Below are positions 28,913-36,996 of a stretch of 64,000 bases of DNA, piece after piece. Position 1 is the first letter of the stretch. Every line of letters starts with the position of its first letter. The stretch is from assembly GCA_035995545.1 (NCBI GenBank), contig DASYKI010000012.1, positions 48,914 to 112,913 on the forward strand, given 5' to 3'. The stretch comes from Candidatus Dormiibacterota bacterium (GTDB taxonomy: Bacteria; Chloroflexota; Dormibacteria; Aeolococcales; Aeolococcaceae). The position numbers and the translations under genes were made by a program. Under the pieces are notes generated by a model, which saw only the letters and a list, made by a program, of their open reading frames with translations, did no database searches and was not told where the DNA came from.

Positions 28913-30829
28913 ATGAAACTGCAGGGCAAGAAGCTCGCCTTGCTTCCGCTGGCGCCGGCGGCAGCTCTGCTGCTCGCCCTCGCGGGAGCAGGACCGGTCC
29001 ACGCAACGGGGACCACCATCAACGTCACCGGGCTCACCGACGGCGTTGGAAGCTGCGTGGATGCGACGCACTGCAGCACGCTGCGTGCCGCGGTGGCCGC
29101 GGCGGTCGACGGTGACACCGTCCTGCTGCCGGCGGGCACCTACACGCTGAGCGCAACCGGTCTCGACACCAACTCCATCGAGATCAACAAGGCCATCACC
29201 GTCATGGGTGCGGGCGCTGCCTCGACGGTGATCCAGGGCGTCTGCGACTGGACCAGCCGCATCTTCACCGTCGACACCGACGCACCTGCCGGCGGCGCGG
29301 CGGCGCCCGTCACCATCAGCGGTGTCACCCTCACCGGCGGCCATGTCATCGCCCGTGACCCCGGCGACGGGTTCACCTCGGGTGGCGCCGTGCTGGTCAC
29401 CGATCATTCGGCACTGACCCTGAGCCACGACATCGTCACCGGCAACCAGGCCATCGGCAACGGCGGCGGCGTGTCGGTGCACAAGGACAACTCGTCGCTG
29501 ACCGTTCTGGACACGATCATCAGCAACAACGCCGCGGGCAGCAACGTCCCGTGCGTGCGGGAGTCGCCGGCTGCGGCGCCGCAGATCGCGCAGGCGCTCG
29601 TCGGCGACGGCGGCGGTGTGTGGTCCGAAGGCAAGCTGACCATGACCAGCAGCTCGGTGGGCAGCAACACCGCGTCGCGCAACGGCGGCGGTCTGCTCCT
29701 CTCGCCGCCCGCGGGAACCACCGATACCCTGACCCAGGTCTACGTCCACGACAACGCGGCGATGGCCAGCCAGCAGGCCGTCGACATCGGCGGCGGCGGC
29801 ATCTACGACGAGCTGGTGACCGGTGCCCACGTGGTCATCGACCACTCGACGATCAGCCACAACCTCGCCAGCGGCGGCAACGGCGGCGGCGACTACGAGA
29901 GCTTCAGCACCAAGGTCGACGTGGCCAAGGTGGCCGTCGCGGTGGACACGACGCCCGGCGTCACCATCACCGCCACCACCTTCAAGGCCAACAGCGCACC
30001 CAACGGCACCGGCGGCGCCCTGTACGTGCACGACGGCGCCAACGTGCTGACCACCAACGACACCATGTACGGCAACAGCGCCACCAACGGCGGCGCCATC
30101 GCCATCGGCCAGGCCAAGCTCACCTCCAAGCTGGCGCTCGAGAACGACACCATCGACGGCAACAGCGCCACCGCCGGACAGGGCGGCGGGCTCTACCTGC
30201 CCGACGGCATGACCACCGAGCACAACACCATCCTGGTCAACAACACCGCGACCCAGCAGGTGGCCTTCACCACGGTGACCCACAACTGCGTCTGGACCGG
30301 CGCCACGCTGGCCAGCCTGGGCTGGAACCTCGCCGACGACACCACCTGCAACCTGACCTTCACCGGCGACCAGCTGCCGCCGGCGGCCAAGCCCGTGCTG
30401 GGCACCCTGCAGGACAACGGCGGCGTCCTCGACGGCGCCACCGGTGACACCTCGCCGACGCTGACCCAGCTTCTCGGCAAGGGCAGCACCGCCCTCGACA
30501 TGGCCGACCCGACCACCTTCCCGGCGACCGACGAGCGCGACGTCACCCGTGCCCAGGCGGCACCGTCGGCGCTGCTCCTCTCGGTGGGCTCGTTCGTCAC
30601 CGCCGCACGTGCCGACATCGGCGCGGTGGAGATGGCGGCAGCCACCTCGACGCCCACGCCGGTGATCGCGACCCCGACCCCCTCGCCGCGGAGCGGCGTG
30701 CAGGGCATCATCAGCGTCCCGGCGACGGGCGCCGATCCCACCCAGGGCTTCCCGCTGGGCGGCGCCCTGGCCATCGCGGGCCTGCTGAGCATCGCCACCG
30801 GCGCGGTGCTGGCGAGGCGCCGCAGCTAA
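28913..30829 (+). CDS. Secreted right-handed parallel beta-helix repeat protein with a C-terminal hydrophobic/basic anchor-like tail
   Basis: Signal peptide MKLQGKKLALLPLAPAAALLLALAGAGPVHA; many GG/NGG/DN beta-helix rung repeats; a Thr/Pro linker; C-terminus GFPLGGALAIAGLLSIATGAVLARRRS. Confidence 0.65.
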   Translation: MKLQGKKLALLPLAPAAALLLALAGAGPVHATGTTINVTGLTDGVGSCVDATHCSTLRAAVAAAVDGDTVLLPAGTYTLSATGLDTNSIEINKAITVMGAGAASTVIQGVCDWTSRIFTVDTDAPAGGAAAPVTISGVTLTGGHVIARDPGDGFTSGGAVLVTDHSALTLSHDIVTGNQAIGNGGGVSVHKDNSSLTVLDTIISNNAAGSNVPCVRESPAAAPQIAQALVGDGGGVWSEGKLTMTSSSVGSNTASRNGGGLLLSPPAGTTDTLTQVYVHDNAAMASQQAVDIGGGGIYDELVTGAHVVIDHSTISHNLASGGNGGGDYESFSTKVDVAKVAVAVDTTPGVTITATTFKANSAPNGTGGALYVHDGANVLTTNDTMYGNSATNGGAIAIGQAKLTSKLALENDTIDGNSATAGQGGGLYLPDGMTTEHNTILVNNTATQQVAFTTVTHNCVWTGATLASLGWNLADDTTCNLTFTGDQLPPAAKPVLGTLQDNGGVLDGATGDTSPTLTQLLGKGSTALDMADPTTFPATDERDVTRAQAAPSALLLSVGSFVTAARADIGAVEMAAATSTPTPVIATPTPSPRSGVQGIISVPATGADPTQGFPLGGALAIAGLLSIATGAVLARRRS

Positions 30830-30861
30830 GACCCGATCCCTTCCCAACCCTGCAGCTGACA

Positions 30862-30897
30862 GGAGGCGCCGTTCCCCGGATGGGGGCCGGCGCCTCC
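30862..30897 (+). terminator. Stem-loop (GGAGGCGCCG-16nt-CGGCGCCTCC) after the beta-helix gene, followed by GCTATTTAAGG
   Basis: Perfect 10-bp inverted repeat read directly from sequence. Confidence 0.45.
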
Positions 30898-30925
30898 GCT
30901 ATTTAAGGGCTTCCCGCTCGGGCGA

Positions 30926-30955
30926 TTGCACGCCTGGCCAGACCCGGCGTAGTCT
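30926..30955 (+). promoter_or_regulatory. Putative sigma-A-like promoter (TTGCAC-18nt-TAGTCT) upstream of nfeD-flotillin-pspA
   Basis: Hexamers and spacing read directly; about 35 nt upstream of the NfeD start. Confidence 0.25.
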
Positions 30956-30988
30956 GGAAACTCCATCAACGGGAGGGTTCGCAGCGAA

Positions 30989-31219
30989 ATGAATGAGCGC
31001 GCCGTCGATTCCGACGACCACATCGTCGTCGGCAAGATCGGACGGGTCACCGGGACCATCTCCCCCGGGCACACCGGAGAGGTGGTGATCCCCGTGCGTG
31101 GCGGCAGCGAGGCCTTCCTCGCCTACGCCAGCGAGGGCGGCGAGACGATCGCCGCGCAGTCGCGCGTCGTGGTGGTGGAGTACTACCCGCCGCGCACCGT
31201 CTACGTGGCTCCGGCCTGA
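30989..31219 (+). CDS. NfeD-like OB-fold protein (short, soluble)
   Basis: 76 aa; GKIGRVTGTISPGHTGEVVIPVRGGSEAFLAYASEGGETIAAQSRVVVVEY matches the NfeD C-terminal OB-fold. Lies immediately upstream of the flotillin gene. Confidence 0.65.
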   Translation: MNERAVDSDDHIVVGKIGRVTGTISPGHTGEVVIPVRGGSEAFLAYASEGGETIAAQSRVVVVEYYPPRTVYVAPA

Positions 31220-31247
31220 ACCGCCGAGACCTGAGGAGAGAAAGGAG

Positions 31248-32753
31248 ATGGACGCCGTGGCAACACTGGCGCTGATCGTCGTCGCCGTCGTGGTCGGCGC
31301 AGTCGTGTTCGTGTACCTCACGTTCCGCGCCATGTGGCGCGTCGCCGAGCCCAACGAGGCGCTGATCATCTCGGGCTTCCGCCACCCGCCCACCGAGGGC
31401 GTCGGCGAGTCGATGGGCTTCAAGATCGTCACCGGCAAGGGTGTGCTGGTCATCCCCGGCATCCAGAAGGTGCGCAACCTCTCGCTCGACGCCAACGAGA
31501 CCGAGCTCAACATCACCTGCGTGACCACGCAAGGGATTCCGGTTACGGTCAAGGCTGTCGTGATCTACAAAGTCGGCGACGACTTCGCCTCGATCTCCAA
31601 CGCAGCGCGGCGCTTCCTCGACAAGCAGCCCGAGGAGCTGGAGCAGAAGATCCGCTACGTCTTCGAGGGACACCTGCGCTCCATCGTCGGCGGCCTCACC
31701 GTCGAGCAGATGATCCGCGAGCGCGAGGCGCTCACCGAGGCCACCCGGCGCCACTCCGGCGACGAGATGGCCAAGCTGGGCCTGGTCATCGACTCCCTGC
31801 AGATCAAGGAGATCGACGACACCACCGGCTACATCAAGAACCTGGCCGCCCCGCACACCGCCGAGGTGCAGAAGCAGGCGCGCATCGCCCAGGCCGTCGC
31901 CGATCGCGAGGCCACCGAGCAGGAGCAGATCGCCGAGGCGCTCAAGGCGTCGGCGCGGCGCGACGCGCAGATCAAGCAGGCCTCCTACCAGGCCGACGTC
32001 GACCGCGCCACCAAGGAGTCGGAGCAGGCGGGCCCGCTGGCTGACCAGATCGCCCACCAGAAGGTGGTCGCCGAGCAGACCAAGGTGGCCCAGCTGGAGG
32101 CCGAGCGCACCGAGCAGACCCTCCAGGCGCAGGTGCGCAAGCCCGCCGACGCCGAGGCCTACAAGCAGCGCACCCTGGCCCAGGCCGAGCGCGACGCCCG
32201 CATCTCGCGCGCCGAGGCGCAGGCCAAGGAGACCGAGCTGGCCGCCACTGCGGGTGCCAACCGCACCAAGGTGGAGGCGGAGGCGAGCGCGGGCAAGATC
32301 CGCGTCGAGGCGGAGGCGCAGGCGGCGTCGATCGAGGCCACCGGGCGGGCCAACGCGGCGTCCACCGAGGCGCGCGGTCTGGCCGAGGCCAAGGCGCGCG
32401 AGGCCGCGGGCCTTGCCGAGGCCAAGGCCATCGAGGCGCGGGCCAAGGCGCTCGCCGTCAACCAGGAGGCGGTCATCGCCCAGCAGCTCGCCGAGCAGGC
32501 CGTGAACATCGTCGCCGCCGCGGCCAAGCCGATCGGCGACATCGACAACCTGGTCGTCCTCAACGGCACCGAGGGCGTGCAGGAGTCGGTGATGGGCTCG
32601 ATCGCCAAGGGATTCGCCGCCATCCAGGCGCTGCGCCGCACGCTGGCCCACAACGGAGAGTACGGCACGCCGCAGAATGGCACCACGCCGACTGACCGCT
32701 CCGCGGACGTCCCCGACACCAGTCGACGCACCTCGTCCGCGGCAACGGAGTAG
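31248..32753 (+). CDS. floT: Flotillin (SPFH/Band-7 family, FloT/YuaG-like)
   Basis: N-terminal TM, SPFH domain (EPNEALIISGFR, NITCVTTQGIPVTVKAVVIYKV), and a long EA-repeat coiled-coil (AEAQAKETELAA, EAEAQAASIEA). Strong RBS GAGGAGAGAAAGGAG. Confidence 0.85.
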   Translation: MDAVATLALIVVAVVVGAVVFVYLTFRAMWRVAEPNEALIISGFRHPPTEGVGESMGFKIVTGKGVLVIPGIQKVRNLSLDANETELNITCVTTQGIPVTVKAVVIYKVGDDFASISNAARRFLDKQPEELEQKIRYVFEGHLRSIVGGLTVEQMIREREALTEATRRHSGDEMAKLGLVIDSLQIKEIDDTTGYIKNLAAPHTAEVQKQARIAQAVADREATEQEQIAEALKASARRDAQIKQASYQADVDRATKESEQAGPLADQIAHQKVVAEQTKVAQLEAERTEQTLQAQVRKPADAEAYKQRTLAQAERDARISRAEAQAKETELAATAGANRTKVEAEASAGKIRVEAEAQAASIEATGRANAASTEARGLAEAKAREAAGLAEAKAIEARAKALAVNQEAVIAQQLAEQAVNIVAAAAKPIGDIDNLVVLNGTEGVQESVMGSIAKGFAAIQALRRTLAHNGEYGTPQNGTTPTDRSADVPDTSRRTSSAATE

Positions 32754-32761
32754 ACGCTGCC

Positions 32762-33511
32762 ATGAGCTTCTTCACACGGCTCCGGCTCATCCTCACCGGC
32801 AAGGCCAACAAGGCGCTCGACGCGGCCGAGGATCCCGCCGACACGCTCGACCTCGCCTACAACCGCGAGGTGGCCAACGCGCAGCGGCTGCGCGAGAGCA
32901 TCGCCGACATCGTCACGGCGCAGAACCGCGTGCGCATCCAGCGCGAGCAGATGGATCGGGCGCATTCGCGGCTGGAGGACACCGCGCGGCGCGCCCTGGA
33001 GCAGGAGCGCGAGGCGGTCGCGGTGTCGGCGCTCACCCAGGCGGAGCTGATCGCGGCGCAGCTGGGGTCTCTCGTCGCGCAGGACGAGTCGCTTGCGGGG
33101 CAGCGCCAATCGCTGGAGGACGCGGGGCAGCGGCTGCAGGTGAAGCTGGCCCAGATGCGCACCGAGAAGGAGACCTTGAAGGTGCAGTACCAGGCGGCCA
33201 AGGCGCGGGTGCGCGCGGGCGAGGCGGCCGCCGGGTTGGGGCGCGACGACGCCGAGCTGCGGGAGATGCTCGATCGGGCCCGGGAGAAGATCCTCAGCAC
33301 CCAGGCGCGGGCGGAGGCGATCGGGCAGCTCATGGACAGCGGCACCTTCGCTGAGCCCGCGGACATCGAGGCTCGCGTCGCGCAGCGCTCGGTGAGCGAC
33401 GCTGTCGAGGTGCGCATCGCGGAGATGAAGAAGTCGCTGGGGGCGCCGTCGTCGCCGCCGCGGATCGTCGGTGGCGAGGGCGCTGCGGAGGTGGACAAGA
33501 CGGCGTCGTAG
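32762..33511 (+). CDS. pspA: PspA/IM30 (Vipp1/ESCRT-III-like) family protein
   Basis: MSFFTRLRLILTGKANKALDAAEDPADTLDLAYNRE N-terminus and an all-coiled-coil body of about 250 aa. Confidence 0.85.
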   Translation: MSFFTRLRLILTGKANKALDAAEDPADTLDLAYNREVANAQRLRESIADIVTAQNRVRIQREQMDRAHSRLEDTARRALEQEREAVAVSALTQAELIAAQLGSLVAQDESLAGQRQSLEDAGQRLQVKLAQMRTEKETLKVQYQAAKARVRAGEAAAGLGRDDAELREMLDRAREKILSTQARAEAIGQLMDSGTFAEPADIEARVAQRSVSDAVEVRIAEMKKSLGAPSSPPRIVGGEGAAEVDKTAS

Positions 33512-33556
33512 GGACGTTCCCGCGCCAAGAATCGCCTCCGCACAGAGGGGCCGCGC

Positions 33557-34486
33557 GTGGTACCGGAGCGGCGGGTCCGCGCGCCGGCGGCCCATCATTG
33601 CGGAGTGTCCGTGACCTCCCCACTGCTCGTGCTGCGTGACGGCAGCAGCCTGCTCGTCGGCCACATCGCCGTCGGCAACGGCATCGCGGGATTGGTGCAG
33701 CGACGCGAGGACGCCGGGACCCAGGCCTACACGGCAACCGTGCTCGGCAGCGGCGAGCCCGTGCACGGCGGCAACGCGGCAGGACTGGTCTGCGCCGCGC
33801 TCGATGCGGGCGGACATCCCCTGGTGCGGGCGCTGCTCGAGCGAGCCGAGGACGTCGAGGGCGCGCTGGGGATCCTGCAGGGGCTGAGCCCCGCCGAGCG
33901 CCTCCCGGGCCGCCTGCTCCTCGCCGACGCCAGCCGCGCCGTCGTGTCGACCGAGGACGGCACCGACGAGCTGGACCCGCCCGCCGGCACGGAGATCACG
34001 GCGCTGATCGCAAGCCTGCGCACCGATGAGCCAACGCCCCACGAGGGCGCCATCCCCGCCGCAGCCCTCGCCGCCGTGCTCAGCCCAGACGAGCCCGTCA
34101 AGCTCCACATAGCGCTGGGCCCCCCGAGCTGCTCGGTCTTCCTCCGCCTCTGGCCCGGCTTCGAGGTCACCCCTGAGGTCAGCGCCACCCCCGAGGGAGC
34201 CCCCCTCGCACGGGAGGCCGCCGCCGTGGCCCACCTCACGGCCACCGACCCCGCCCTGCGCCGCCAGGCACGACAGCGGCTCGACCGAGCCGAAGCGGAA
34301 ACCCTGCACGAGGGCGACCAGGCCGAGCGCATGGCGGCCCTCATGGACGCCCACACCGACGACCGAGGCGCCGCCGTCCGCCGCCTGGTCGCCCAGTCCT
34401 ACGCCGCCGAGATCGCCCAACAGGCCCTCACCGAGCTGGCCGTCCCGGCGCCCCCGCCCGGGGCGATTACCAGCCCGCGCCTATAA
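33557..34486 (+). CDS. Hypothetical protein (309 aa) in the flotillin-PspA cluster
   Basis: ORF with good coding bias; no recognised motif. Start uncertain. Confidence 0.4.
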   Translation: MVPERRVRAPAAHHCGVSVTSPLLVLRDGSSLLVGHIAVGNGIAGLVQRREDAGTQAYTATVLGSGEPVHGGNAAGLVCAALDAGGHPLVRALLERAEDVEGALGILQGLSPAERLPGRLLLADASRAVVSTEDGTDELDPPAGTEITALIASLRTDEPTPHEGAIPAAALAAVLSPDEPVKLHIALGPPSCSVFLRLWPGFEVTPEVSATPEGAPLAREAAAVAHLTATDPALRRQARQRLDRAEAETLHEGDQAERMAALMDAHTDDRGAAVRRLVAQSYAAEIAQQALTELAVPAPPPGAITSPRL

Positions 34487-34500
34487 TCGAGGCGGCTCCC

Positions 34501-34737
34501 ATGATGCTCGTCAACCCACCACCCGACCGCTGCGACTCGTGCAAGCGGGTGGCCCGTGCCGGCGTCGGGACGGGGCTGGCGGCCGGTGACCCGGCGGCCT
34601 GGATCCTGCTCGACGGCCCGGACACGATGGTCACGCTGGATGACGGTCGGACCTCGCTGCGGCGGGGTCGAGGCTGGGTCTGCCGGCGCTGCGGCCACAC
34701 CGTCCCGCTCTCGCGCGAGCTGCCCAGCCGGACCTGA
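34501..34737 (+). CDS. Small zinc-ribbon hypothetical protein
   Basis: CDSCKR...CRRCGH paired CxxC motifs; 78 aa; begins 15 nt after the upstream ORF. Confidence 0.4.
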   Translation: MMLVNPPPDRCDSCKRVARAGVGTGLAAGDPAAWILLDGPDTMVTLDDGRTSLRRGRGWVCRRCGHTVPLSRELPSRT

Positions 34738-34766
34738 GTTCGCGTCAGAAGAGGCAACAACAGACG

Positions 34767-35516
34767 ATGGCCCTGCAGCAGGCCCCGATCACCGTTCGCG
34801 ACGCCACCGCCACGCCGCCGCTGAAGCGGCAGTTCGTGCGCTTCGCCTTCCACCGCGTGCGTCCCGAATGGCGCCTGCTCGACAGTGACACCAAGCGCGC
34901 CCAGCGTGAGGAGGTGGCCGCGCTGGTCCGCGAGACCGCGGCCATCGAGGGCGCGGTGCTGCGCACCTACAGCCTGGCGGGGACGCGCGGCGACGCGGAC
35001 ATGATGGTCTGGCTGGTCAGCGACGACCTCGACGTGCTGCACACCTTCGCCAGGCGGCTCAACGCCACGCGCATGGGTCCGTACCTCGAGACGCCGTATC
35101 ACTACTTCTCGATGACCAAGCGCAGCATGTACGTCGACCGGCACGAGCACGAGGGGCAGGAGGGGCGCAGCAGCCGCCTGGTCATCGTCCCGGGCGGCCG
35201 CAAGTACCTGTTCGTCTATCCCTTCGTCAAGACGCGCGCCTGGTATCGCCTGTCGCGGGAGGAGCGGCAGAAACAGATGAGCGAGCACATCGCCATGGGC
35301 CACAAGTACCCGTCGGTGAAGATCAACACGACGTATTCGTTCGGCCTCGACGACCAGGAGTTCGTGGTCGCCTTCGAGACCGACCACGTCCCCGACTTCC
35401 TCGACCTGGTCCAGGAGATGCGCGAGTCGGAGGCGTCGACGCACACCGTGCGGGACACGCCGTCGTTCACCTGCATCCGATGCGACGTCGAGGAGATGCT
35501 CGCGGCGCTCGGCTGA
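34767..35516 (+). CDS. hemQ: Coproheme decarboxylase / chlorite-dismutase family protein (HemQ/ChdC)
   Basis: Cld/HemQ family blocks (FVRFAFHRVRPEWR, MMVWLVSDDLDVLHTF, YLFVYPFVKTRAWY, EHIAMGHKYPSVKINTTYSFGLDD). Confidence 0.8.
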   Translation: MALQQAPITVRDATATPPLKRQFVRFAFHRVRPEWRLLDSDTKRAQREEVAALVRETAAIEGAVLRTYSLAGTRGDADMMVWLVSDDLDVLHTFARRLNATRMGPYLETPYHYFSMTKRSMYVDRHEHEGQEGRSSRLVIVPGGRKYLFVYPFVKTRAWYRLSREERQKQMSEHIAMGHKYPSVKINTTYSFGLDDQEFVVAFETDHVPDFLDLVQEMRESEASTHTVRDTPSFTCIRCDVEEMLAALG

Positions 35517-36115
35517 TGGGCGCCGAGACACCCTGCAGGCTGCACCGCAACGGCCGCGTCCTCGACGGGCGCGCGCTGCTGGAGACGGACGAGCTGATCT
35601 TCCGCGGCGACGAGCGGGTCCGCGTTGCGCTGGGCGAGATCGTCTCGGTGGCGGTGCGCGACGGCTCGCTGATCGTCGGCACCCGCGACGAGCAGCTGCA
35701 GTTCGACGTCGGCAGGTCGGCGGAGCGCTGGGCGGAGAAGATCCGCAACCCGCGCACCCTGGTCGACAAGCTCGGCGTCAAGCCGGGAATGCGCGTCGCC
35801 GTCGACGGCATCCTGGACGCGGCGCCGGCGCAGGACCTGGCGCAGCGCGGCGCCGAGACGGTCGACACCGGCGCCGACGTCCTGCTGCTCGGCGTCGAGG
35901 ATGCGGACAGCCTGCCAGATCGCATTGCCACCGCGTGGCCCCGGGTCGCCGCGGGCGGCGCCCTGTGGATCGTCTACCCCAAGGGCGTCCGCGCGGTGAC
36001 CGAGGGCGACGTGCTCGCCGCCGGCCGCGCCGCCGGGCTGCTCGACATCAAGGTGGCGCGCTTCTCCGCGACGCACACGGCACTGCGCTTCGTCGCGCCT
36101 CGCGCCGCGCGCTGA
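35516..36115 (+). CDS. DUF3052-like hypothetical protein
   Basis: Pattern of conserved actinobacterial DUF3052 proteins (LVDKLGVKPGMRVAVDG...LWIVYPKG). Start overlaps the hemQ stop. Confidence 0.45.
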   Translation: MGAETPCRLHRNGRVLDGRALLETDELIFRGDERVRVALGEIVSVAVRDGSLIVGTRDEQLQFDVGRSAERWAEKIRNPRTLVDKLGVKPGMRVAVDGILDAAPAQDLAQRGAETVDTGADVLLLGVEDADSLPDRIATAWPRVAAGGALWIVYPKGVRAVTEGDVLAAGRAAGLLDIKVARFSATHTALRFVAPRAAR

Positions 36116-36179
36116 CGGCCGCCGCGCCCCGCACGCGCTGACCTTCGCCCTGCCACACGCCGGCGCACCCGATGCTAGG

Positions 36180-36980
36180 GTGCGCGCCATGGACTTCACG
36201 CCGACCTTCTTCGACCGCTGGCGCGAGCACCGCCACCTGCAGTACGTCGATCGCGTCCGCGAGGTGTTCGACGAGGCGGTGCCGGACGAGGAGTGGCTGG
36301 CCGGCGCGCGGGTGCGGGCCAAGGCCAAGGAGGCCGTGGCCAGCCTCAAGCACTCGGGCGTCGAGGTCGGCGAGGAGGAGGGTGTCGTGCGCGTCCTCGG
36401 CGAGGGCGCCACCGACGACGTGGGCCCAGTCGACGTCGCCGCCGTCCGCGCCTTCGGCGACGCCTACGACGCCGCCCTCGCCGCCGCCGCGCAGGGCGCC
36501 GCGCTCACCCCGGCGCTGGTCGACGACCTGCATGCCCGGCTCTGCGCCGCCGCGGCGGGCAGGACCGACAACACCACCGACCCCGCCCTCGCCGAGCTCA
36601 CAGCATGGGTGGAGTCGCCCCCCGACGACATGCACCCGGTGCTCGTCGCCGCCGTCGCCGAGCTGGAGCTGCTGCGCATGCGCCGCTGGGACGACGGCAA
36701 CGGCCGCCTGGCCCGCATGGTCCTGCTCCTGCTGCTGCACCGTTCCGGGTACGGCTACAAGGGGCTGATCGCCCCCAGCACCGGCTGGCACGACCCCCGC
36801 GACCTGCCCGGCGGGCCCGCCGAGGAGTTGTCGCCAGAAGAGGCAGAAACGCATCCCGGCGTGGAGCGTGCCGTCGGCGGCATCGCCGACGCGGTGCGCG
36901 ACATGGTCGCCTGGGTGCGCGCCGAGGAGAGCCCGGGAAGCTGGCAGGCGGTATTCTTCGCCAACCCGGTCCAGCCCTGA
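36180..36980 (+). CDS. Fic/DOC-fold protein with a degenerate active-site motif
   Basis: RMRRWDDGNGRLARMVLLLLLHRSGY aligns to the Fic core HPFx(D/E)GNGRxxR, but His-Pro-Phe is replaced by Arg-Arg-Trp. Confidence 0.5.
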   Translation: MRAMDFTPTFFDRWREHRHLQYVDRVREVFDEAVPDEEWLAGARVRAKAKEAVASLKHSGVEVGEEEGVVRVLGEGATDDVGPVDVAAVRAFGDAYDAALAAAAQGAALTPALVDDLHARLCAAAAGRTDNTTDPALAELTAWVESPPDDMHPVLVAAVAELELLRMRRWDDGNGRLARMVLLLLLHRSGYGYKGLIAPSTGWHDPRDLPGGPAEELSPEEAETHPGVERAVGGIADAVRDMVAWVRAEESPGSWQAVFFANPVQP

Positions 36981-36996
36981 GGCTGCACACCGCGAC

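Noticed and set aside
28871-30847. 658-aa minus-strand ORF covering the whole beta-helix gene
   Set aside because: Mirror ORF of a convincing secreted protein. Arg/Gly/Asp/Ala low-complexity, no start context. Artefact.
32159-32460. Short tandem nucleotide repeats (gccgaggc / gaggcg periodicity) that could be mistaken for a CRISPR or VNTR array
   Set aside because: They lie inside the flotillin gene and encode the Glu/Ala coiled-coil heptads. No spacer-repeat architecture and no cas genes.
31047-34420. Long minus-strand ORFs (534 and 753 aa) antisense to flotillin, PspA and the 309-aa ORF
   Set aside because: The sense strand has unmistakable SPFH and PspA signatures and a strong RBS. The antisense translations are repetitive Ala/Gly/Arg strings.
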